Assembly: GCA_964016885.1 (NCBI GenBank)
Contig: OZ024741.1
Span: forward strand, 264,244,001 to 264,308,000
Length of the DNA: 64,000 nt
Origin: Eledone cirrhosa
Taxonomy: Eukaryota
Direction: 5' to 3'
The translations under genes were made by a program, and so were the position numbers. The notes under the pieces are model-generated. The model was not told the DNA's origin, ran no database searches, and saw only the letters and a program-made list of their open reading frames with translations. Positions 55,650 through 64,000 of the stretch are shown in pieces (position 1 is the stretch's first letter; each line of letters starts with the position of its first letter).

Positions 55650-56240
55650 TCTAAATGCAAGTATGTATGTATATATATATAAATGCAAGTATACGTACAT
55701 ACATATATGTATACAGACGTACAGTAGTATGTATATATATATGCACGTATCGGTTTACCGAACATTCATTACAATGCTCGGTTCGTTTGTTTGTAAACAA
55801 ACATCCCGAATTACGCCGTACAGTGTTTAGGCAACCACGTCGCCTTTTTGTTCAACACTGACACAGGACGATGTACTAGTTTCAAGCTTATTAGCTATCG
55901 TCAGCATCGTATACCTTCCTGCCAGATGGTTGAACATCTGAAAGTATATACTTTCCTTATGCATATCAACGGCTGAGCAGACTAATTTGTATATCGAGTG
56001 CATTCAGTCGGCCGGGCACACCAAAAACGATAAAAGGAATAGAATGAAACGAAATTTCATTTCTCACTCTTAGTACGGCACTTACTTAAATGCAAGTATG
56101 TATGTATGTATACGTACATACATAATGTATACAGACGTACGGTAGTATGTATATATATACATACATGCACACCTATATATATGTACGTATCGGTTTACCG
56201 AACATTCATTACAATGCTCGGTTCGTTTGTTTGTAAACAA
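55650..56240 (-). mobile_element. Hammerhead element (family of 16310-16820) in direct partial-tandem form
   Basis: Direct repeat 55680-55803 / 56087-56242 around the hammerhead. Confidence 0.78.
55868..55910 (-). ncRNA. Type-I hammerhead ribozyme identical to 16505-16547
   Basis: Exact reverse complement over 43 nt. Confidence 0.88.
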
Positions 56241-56304
56241 ACAAACAGCTCGCAGTTGGGACTTTGAAGGAAACAATAGGTATATTCTTGTTTATTATTT
56301 CCTC

Positions 56305-56362
<58 letters not shown>

Positions 56363-56663
56363 GAGGAAATAATAGACAAAAATATACCTATTATTTTCTT
56401 CAAAGTCCCGACTGCAGTTTTGCCGATCCGTGTGCCACGATATCTGCACTATAAAAATACATCATCGTTGTGAGGTTGATACAGCTTATAAAGTGACAGC
56501 TCAGAAAAAAGGGCTGTTTCTTTCGTAGCAAGTGAGAATCTCTCGAGAGGCGGAGAGAGAAATTAACACATGATACAAGGGTCACAGAAAGGTAGTAAGG
56601 TGGACAGTGAGCGAATAATGTATTTGCAAGAAAAAGCAGTTAGTATACTCCTGGTTTAACTCG

Positions 56664-56771
<108 letters not shown>

Positions 56772-56772
56772 T

Positions 56773-56804
<32 letters not shown>

Positions 56805-56809
56805 AGCGA

Positions 56810-56985
56810 ATCTGTTCGCACCTTGACCCCTGGGTGACTCTTAACGGTCAAATTCTAGGTTACCTCCTTTTTGGCGTAAACAAGTTGATGCGTGGGCAAT
56901 CACTCGATGCAGGGGAGAGAGGAAGCGACAAATATAAATAGTCTGTCTGAGACCAAGCAAAGGCAGTTCGGAGCAGTTCCTAATA
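56810..56985 (+). promoter_or_regulatory. Candidate Pol II core promoter (TATA + Inr)
   Basis: TATAAATA at 56933-56940, Inr-like GCAGTT with its A at 56965 (TATA at -32); upstream CCTTGACC nuclear-receptor-like and GTAAACAA forkhead-like sites in unique sequence. Confidence 0.35.
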
Positions 56986-57379
56986 GAGTAACGATGTAAA
57001 ACATCTGCTTTCTACAGACGCTTTTGGATCTACCGATTCTTACTCTCTCTCTCTGGTCTTACAGACTCTCACTTTCTCTTGTCACTCTCTATTTCAGCAT
57101 AAGGAAATATCAACAAAAACATCGTCAAGATTTATGACTTGTAGTAATCTTATTCTTTGTTCCTTTATTCGATGAAGGGAAGTAAATTTTATATTTAAGC
57201 AAACCATTTATTTTGTCCTGTTATTTCATCTCTAACAACACTTACTGACTTTGCTTCTCTTCATATGTATATAGGGAATTTAACGTGCAGTTATTGTAGG
57301 TTCACTCGGGTGAGCACATGATGATTAGTTTACAGTCGGTAAAGAGGTGTAGAAGTAAACAGAGTGTAATTATAATAAT

Positions 57380-57594
57380 GTTCTCTTTATTAACCACAAG
57401 GGTTTACATAAAGTAGACATTAAGGACAGTGCAGGACAATGCAGGACGGTACAAATGGGCATTTCTGCGTGTAAAAAACAAAAACAGAGGATGTAACAAA
57501 AAATAACAATGAAAAATTCCCCAATAGGGGGGAGACTTCGGAGGGACATTTGTGGAGAAAGCCCAGTAAAAAGCCACAATGACCCTGACCACCA
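57380..57594 (-). mobile_element. LINE 3'UTR fragment (family of 40548-40853)
   Basis: Clear homology; tataataat duplicated at 57371-57379 and 57595-57603. Confidence 0.78.
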
Positions 57595-57792
57595 TATAAT
57601 AATAAAAGGACGATTTGTTATGCCTTCATTGTGTTTATTGAGTAGTAACGCGCGTTTCGCTATTGATCAGCTCAAGGTTCGATCTGTATCCATCTAGCCC
57701 GACTAATCAAACGCTCGTCGGACCTTGCTGTGGTAATTACCACGTAGTCACTACTGTAATGAAGACATAACAAATCGTCATTTTATTATTAA

Positions 57793-57848
<56 letters not shown>

Positions 57849-58171
57849 GTGTGTATATATATATATATGTGTGTGTGTGCGTGTGTGTGTGTGTATAGAT
57901 ATACATAGATGCATACATGCATATATACATACCTACATATACACATACACATACATACATATATACATATATACATACATGCATGTATACATGCATATAT
58001 GCATATATACATGCATACATATATGCATATATACATGCATGCATGGATACATATATACATATAAACACACATACATACATTCACAAATACACACATGCAT
58101 GCATACATACATACATACATACATACATACATACATACATACATACATACATACATACATACATACATACA

Positions 58172-59737
58172 TAAACAATTGGACCTCATTACACAATTTT
58201 CAACCGACATCAAAATGAAATTTGGTGAGTCCAAGTGTGCATATTTGGCAGTAAAACGTGGAAGAGCTGTGCCCTCCTCTAGAAATCTAGAGATGAACGG
58301 CCTGACAATACAACCTCTGCAGTCAGGTGACAACTACAGATATCTTGGACAGGATGAGAATGTCAGATATGATGGACCCATAAATAAGGAGAGAACCAGA
58401 ACTGAATACCTCAGAAGAGTAAAGAAAATATGGTCATCAGAACTGTCAGCATACAACAAATACATTGCCCACAATACTTATGCTGTGCCAATTCTAACGC
58501 CAACATTTGGCCTACTGAACTGGTCATTGCAAGAACTAAGTGAGATGGATGTTAGAACTCGAAAACTTCTCAGTGTTACTGGGAACTTTAACATCAATGG
58601 TGATGTGGATAGGCTATACTTCTCACGCAAGGAAGGTGGCCGGGGTCTAAAATCAATATTAACAACATATGAGACCCGGATAGTAACACTGAAGCAACAC
58701 CTTCAACAGAGGAAAAAGGTTGGCAACCATCTTGCCCAGGTTTATGACCATGAAAAAAGAAATATCATTAGAATAGCGACTGATCTGGAGGAGAGATATG
58801 GAATAAAGTCTGATATAAATCTCTCACCCAGAGAAATCGGAAGATCCTATTCAATGTTCAAACAAGATAAAAAAATTGACCAATTTACAGAAAAAGTTGT
58901 GCATGGATACTTGAGGCATAAAACACAGACCATAGAGGGGATAAACCACTCAAAAAGCCTGGCATGGAGTTCCGACAAGTTTATGACATCACACCTTGAG
59001 GGATATCTCTATGCAATACAGGAACAAGAACTCCCTACCAAATATCTGCTGCACAAAAGAGGAGGGCCAGCAGCTGACAATAAATGTAGGCTATGTAAAA
59101 CAAAGATCGAGGATGTAAGCCACATTGTTGCCAGCTGCGAAAGAATGTCATCTCGCTACTACCTCCCCATGAGACACGATGGGATAGCTAGAACCATCTG
59201 GAACGCACTTCGGAAAACAAAATTAACAACAAACGAGGAAGAATATATTGAGACAGATGGCACTAAGGAATACTGGTGGAACCTGAAAATAAAAACTGCC
59301 ACCAAATTAAAGCACAACCGGCCTGATATTGTAGTTTGGGACCACACATTGAAAACGTGTTCTGATGTGGAGATCAGCTGCCCACTTGATGTAAACGTTG
59401 TCAGAAAAATACAGGAGAAGGAGGACATCTACGGACCATTGATGAGGAGTTTACAAATCCAGTATCCAAGATACACCTTTAGCTTCATACCCATCATTAT
59501 TGGTGCTACGGGTTATATACCAACCCGCTTGAACCAAAGTATGACTGAACTTGGATTTGCGGACAAAAAGCGCAGCTCTCTAATTCATAGTCTACAAATG
59601 GCTGCGATAGCTGGCATCTTCAAAATTTGCAAAACATTCTTGCGATTCAAGGGATGACAATTTCTTTTCTTTTACAACCTTGCCACCAGGAAGGTGGCCG
59701 GTCAAAAAAATATACTCGAAATTAAGAGAAAGAGAAA
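58172..59737 (+). mobile_element. 5'-truncated R4/Dong-type non-LTR retrotransposon with open RT end, CCHC finger and restriction-like endonuclease
   Basis: YRYLG, DVDRLYFSRKEGGRGL, AIQEQ, CRLC-x8-H-x4-C, RHD, RPDIVV..VEISCP..K; stop at 59655-59657; both flanks are (CATA)n; the start of the track ORF is microsatellite. Confidence 0.92.
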
Positions 59738-60069
59738 ACATACATACATACATACATACACATGATAACTGCAACTCGGTTTCGAGTAATGATATCGCTT
59801 GATACTTAAGCATAAGCATCATGGATGTGGCTTTTTAAATCTGCTAAGGACTTGCTTATGGCCAGCAATACCATGCATCGCAAAAAATGTCAAAAAAGGG
59901 CCAACCCCACATCGAATGCTTTTGCCCAAAAAGAACTGGTCTACATCATTAAATGCAAACGAAATCGCAGGTTTTATATCAGAGAGACCTTCACATAGAG
60001 AGATGTCTTAATGAAGACTAGGAATCTCTCGCTCCACAAAAAAAAAAAAAAAAAAAAGATGTATTGAAT

Positions 60070-60256
60070 GGCCGTAGACTTTCCTGAGTTCCTCCATCTT
60101 TTGACGGGTTTTTGTTTTCATCCAGCAGGGTGTCTAAAATCACCTTCCTCACCAAGCAAGCTTGGTGGGGTTATCGGCCTAGTCATTAACGAAACGATTA
60201 TGCACAGGTTGTACTGGGTTACATGTTACGAGTAGCGCTGAAGAGCGACCTGACAT
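60070..60256 (-). mobile_element. RTE-type 5' segment related to 35026-35220
   Basis: tcaggtc...gtaacatgtaacccagtacaacctg...ccccaccaag...cttggtgagga shared. Confidence 0.65.
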
Positions 60257-60859
60257 ATATACATAGAATGGCTTCTTAATATGATTTGATATAAATATCC
60301 ACTCTATAAAGATCCCCCAGTAGGAAGAATCATAGAGACAGTTGTCTTCCTATAAAGATTCAATATTCCTTGAAACGTGTAAAGATAGTCATATTCTCCC
60401 TATATAAAGGTAATAGAAGTAGTTTTGCAGCTTCATTCTTTTTATAGCCGATATGAAATCTTAATATACGCTGAATAATGTCTAACCACACCCATGACAC
60501 ACTCAGACCACCCACTTCGGCCCCTATTCTCAAATGCCGGATCTTTCGCCTACAACCTATCAATATCTTCCTAACACCCTTTTCCTAACTTCCTTTCCTA
60601 ACTTTCACACACAACTTTCATGTACACACCTAGTACGTCTTACATTTGAGAAACACAAGGTAGACAGAACTACTATAATTTATTCAATATACAAAATCTC
60701 ACAATGTCATGAAAGGCCACTGACATTATATAAAAATAATTGAGCAGTATCTAATAAAAACAAAACACTAAAGGGAACAGAAAAGGAAGACGAAAAAAAA
60801 ATGAATAGGAGAAAAAGAAATAAATGATCAAGCGGCGAAAGAAAGGGAAAAGGGGACGG

Positions 60860-61292
60860 ACAACACCCCAGTCTGAGCGGTGCCTCAGCTGCGCCTCGCG
60901 GACAAAACGGACAAAGCGTTAGTGCAGAGTATAGCTAGAAATACCCGCTGCAACAGTCACCACACCTGACGGGGCCTCCTCTTTAAGCGGGCCGCCGTTT
61001 TTCTGATTTTACGTAGGAAATCAGCAGTGCAGGGACCACTGATGCCAGAGATCTCGACGGAGACAAGTGTAAAGAGAAAATGCTCGGTCAGCCCCCTCCC
61101 CCTATACCGCCCCACATTTCTGGCAGCGGAGCCCGGGTTTATGGCCGAAGTGATAAGGCTGAAGACGGAAAACTAGTTGCTGCATGTCGTGTCCTAAAAT
61201 AGGGATTTCCTCCTCGAAAGGGAAGAGAGTTAATCTGCCGATTCCACCAATGAAGGGAAACCGGCTGCGCCAAGACTCCTAGTTATGTCATA
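60860..61292 (-). mobile_element. Second CRE-clade RLE remnant, more decayed
   Basis: DITRSLGAAGFPS.., TLFPFRGG, VEISG..G..TADFLRKI, paralogous to 42420-42910. Confidence 0.72.
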
Positions 61293-61504
61293 AGTGAATA
61301 TAAAAATAAAAATAAAAATAAAAATAAAAATAAAAATAAAAATAAAAATAAAAATGAAAAAATTAAAATTAAATAAATCTAAATAGAGAAGGCCAACGGG
61401 AGGCAAAATAAGCATAAATAAAATAAAGAAGAAAAGGGAAAGCAAGTGCCGCAATATGGCTGCAAACCAATGATTGAAAGACAAGTAAATGTAAGGACAT
61501 TTAA

Positions 61505-61705
61505 TGGTCTCTGATTTAGGCACAAGAACGGCAAATTGAAGGTAGTGGGAAAGTCAATTAAATCAACTTTATTTTATCTACTCGGTAAGGATGAAAGATA
61601 AAGCAAACCTCGGCGAAATTTAAACTCAGAGCATAAAGGGACATAACAATATGCCGAGAAGCCTTATGTCCGAAGCTCTACTGATTACTGTCAATCCACC
61701 GTCTT
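61505..61705 (-). mobile_element. tRNA-derived SINE (Nin/Deu-like), diverged
   Basis: ggcacaag...aaggatgaaag...aacctcggcga...aatccaccg. Confidence 0.78.
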
Positions 61706-62039
61706 TTGGAAGGACATTTCATAATAATACTTTTAAAAACAAAATTAGAATTTCGTTTTTCGCTCTAACATAACGTAAATGCATTTGTGAGTTTTATATC
61801 GGTATGCAAATGAGGCTAATCAGCTGGTGAATATTTTAGAGAATACTACATATACCCAACAGTTCTGGTGTGTGACAGAAGAGAGATACACAATTTGACA
61901 AAGGGCAATAACCCAGAAACAATATTGTCGGTTGTTTCTCTCTGTCACCGCTAGGGCAAAAGGATGACGATGGTCATCTAAAAACAAAGTAATGAGATGT
62001 TTCCTTGTAAACAAATCGAATATTATTATTATTCGATAT

Positions 62040-62143
62040 AAAAATCAGTTTAATATCTATGGCCCCATATTGGGACCGACTGTATCAGATATAAACTGAT
62101 AAGAACAGATACTACACTTTGATCTTAGCCAAAATGCCGAGAA
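62040..62143 (-). pseudogene. U2: U2 snRNA pseudogene, 5' domain through the Sm site, 3'-truncated
   Basis: Minus strand TTCTCGGCATTTTGGCTAAGATCAAAGTGTAGTATCTGTTCTTATCAGTTTATATCTGATAC..stem IIb..ATATTAAACTGATTTTT: stem I, branch-point pairing GTAGTA, IIa/IIb/IIc, Sm site. Confidence 0.92.
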
Positions 62144-62410
62144 TGGCCCATGTGAGTGGGCCTACTCTGATCATGCGCTTGTAAGTGGATGAATTTGAGG
62201 AGGAGAGGGGTGCTCTCGAATCGTCGGGTGGTTCAGGATTGGTGGGGTACCCGAGTGAACCCTGGATGGTTATCCCCCTATTGGGGAATTTTCCTTATTG
62301 TATTTTCATTGTTATTTATATTGTTTACACGTTGTATATGTAAACCCCCACTGTCCCTGTCTTTTGTATTGTCTCCTATATGTCGGCCCTTGTGGCCAAT
62401 AAATGAAACC
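62144..62410 (+). mobile_element. LINE 3'UTR fragment fused to the antisense U2 piece
   Basis: ccccctattggggaattttcc motif; ends cccttgtggccaataaatgaaacc + (ATT)n. Confidence 0.75.
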
Positions 62411-62426
62411 ATTATTATTCAATATA

Positions 62427-62613
62427 TGGCGGTGGAGTGGCAGTATCGGTAGAGGGTCGGGCGCCATGCTTTGACGCATAGAGTTACGGTCCTTGCCATT
62501 CTGAGTTCGAATCCCGTCGAGGTTTACTTTGCCTTTCATCCTTACGGGGTCGATAAAATAAAGTACCAGTAATGCACTGGGTAATTGCTGGCCTTGTGCC
62601 AAAAGTAGAAACA
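62427..62613 (+). mobile_element. Full-length tRNA-derived SINE (Nin/Deu-like body)
   Basis: A box TGGCAGTATCGG, B box GAGTTCGAATCC, gcctttcatccttacggggtcgataaaataaagtaccag body; 16-bp TSD. Confidence 0.92.
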
Positions 62614-63299
62614 ATTATTATTCGATATAAAACTCACGAATGCAATCATTTTTGTTTCAAATTTGGATAGAGCATACTTTGTAACGATATTTTCAATGGA
62701 AGTACATAGAAAGTTTGAATATTAATCAACCGTCGAACAATTTGATTTGAAGTAAAGTAAAATGAAATTAGGGTGCCAATATTCGTATCTTTTGTTTTTC
62801 AATAATGGTTAAAAAACATAAAAGAATTTAAAAAAAATATCTAAACAATAAAGACAATAAGTGAAGCTAGTTTGCAGTAGAGGCCCATTTGAACATTGTT
62901 ACATAACTAATAGTTAGCTTCTGTTGAAATGTCACATAGTTGAGTAATTGGTCAAATCTACGAGATTACTACACTTATTCTACTGTCTCAGATATTTCTC
63001 ACCCGACCCTTCTAAACAGGTTAAATACTTTCTGGCACACAACAGCAAACATTAACATATAAGCAGTAAGTAGTCTTTGTTTACACACTCAAACGCATGT
63101 CAGAAAAGACAGATAGAAAGGAAGACAACACAACAACAGACATATCTACACACACGCCCAAATACATATATTATGTATACACACACACACACATATATAT
63201 AAATATATATATATATATATTTATTTACGTACGTATAGCACGGAGTGCATATGCATAAACACACACGTTATATTTTGACGGTATTGTATTAGCTCAATG

Positions 63300-63940
63300 T
63301 ACGAGAACAGAGCCGAACCTAGGTTTACACTAAAAGATCACAAGGAAGACTTTATTAGCAACCCCTCTGTTAGATTGATTAGCCCATCTAAGTCGGACAT
63401 AGGGATCATAAGTAAGAAGATTTTGGACAGAGTCATTCCGGTAATTAGAAATAAAATTTACCTTAACCTGTGGAGGAATACGGATGAAGTGATTAAATAG
63501 TTCTCCAGCATTAGTAACCATAAATCCCTTATGTTTGTCCAGTTTGATATTGATTCATATTACACATCTATATCTCCCATCCTTTTGAATAAGGCCCTCA
63601 TCATGGTCATGCAGAATAGTGATCTAACCAGATCCCAAGTTGATATCATTTTAGCCGCACGTAAAACTTTAATCCTTTTTGAGGAACAATTATGGACACG
63701 GAAAAACACAACTAACAACTTTGATATCACAATGGGATCTGGTGATTCTGCCCAAGTAACTGATTTAGTCGGACTTTACCTACTCCATGAGCTGCATAAG
63801 GCACTTCCATATCTTCGCGGAGGTTTATACCGAGACGACGCCCTCCTTACCCTTGAGCATAAAAAATATAAACTTGATAGGACAAAGAAGGACCTGCGTA
63901 AATTTTATAAAGGTTTTAACCTTAGTATAACTATAGATAA
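63300..63940 (+). pseudogene. Third Naiad-type RT fragment
   Basis: TLKDHKEDF..NPSVRLISPSKSDIGIISK, QFDIDSYYTSIS, FDITMGSGDSAQ, GGLYRDD; stop at 63498; followed by a SINE 3' end at 63944. Confidence 0.88.
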
Positions 63941-64000
63941 GAATAATTGTTTCTACTTTTGGCACAAGGCCAGCAATTATCCCAGTGCATTACTGAAGAA

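Noticed and set aside
62040-62143. Functional U2 snRNA gene
   Set aside because: Lacks the first nucleotides and stem-loops III/IV, shows no snRNA promoter context, and is enclosed in a TSD with a LINE piece

Overview
AT-rich animal genomic DNA saturated with (TA)n/(CA)n microsatellites. The SINE types and repeat landscape suggest a cephalopod mollusc, probably Octopus (inference). No recognisable host protein-coding gene is present, and most ORFs in the supplied track are microsatellite artefacts. The window is a nested set of mobile elements: Penelope-like elements (three Naiad-type copies, one near-complete Neptune-type copy, further remnants), a near-complete decayed Rep/helicase Helitron with several non-autonomous Helitrons, an R4/Dong-type RLE LINE in (CATA)n, CRE, RTE and L1/Tx1 LINE ends, tRNA-derived SINEs and a U2 snRNA pseudogene. 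Main unexplained structure: about 15 short inverted duplications embedded in (TA)n. Many carry type-I hammerhead ribozymes, and about ten end in a shared covarying RCTC-N(11-19)-GAGY-RC motif just outside one arm, although the families are otherwise unrelated in sequence. Also notable: an antisense U2/LINE chimera and a SINE stacked on one triplicated 16-bp target, and a shared 3' tail linking that SINE family to an L1/Tx1 LINE. All calls were made by eye and boundaries are approximate.
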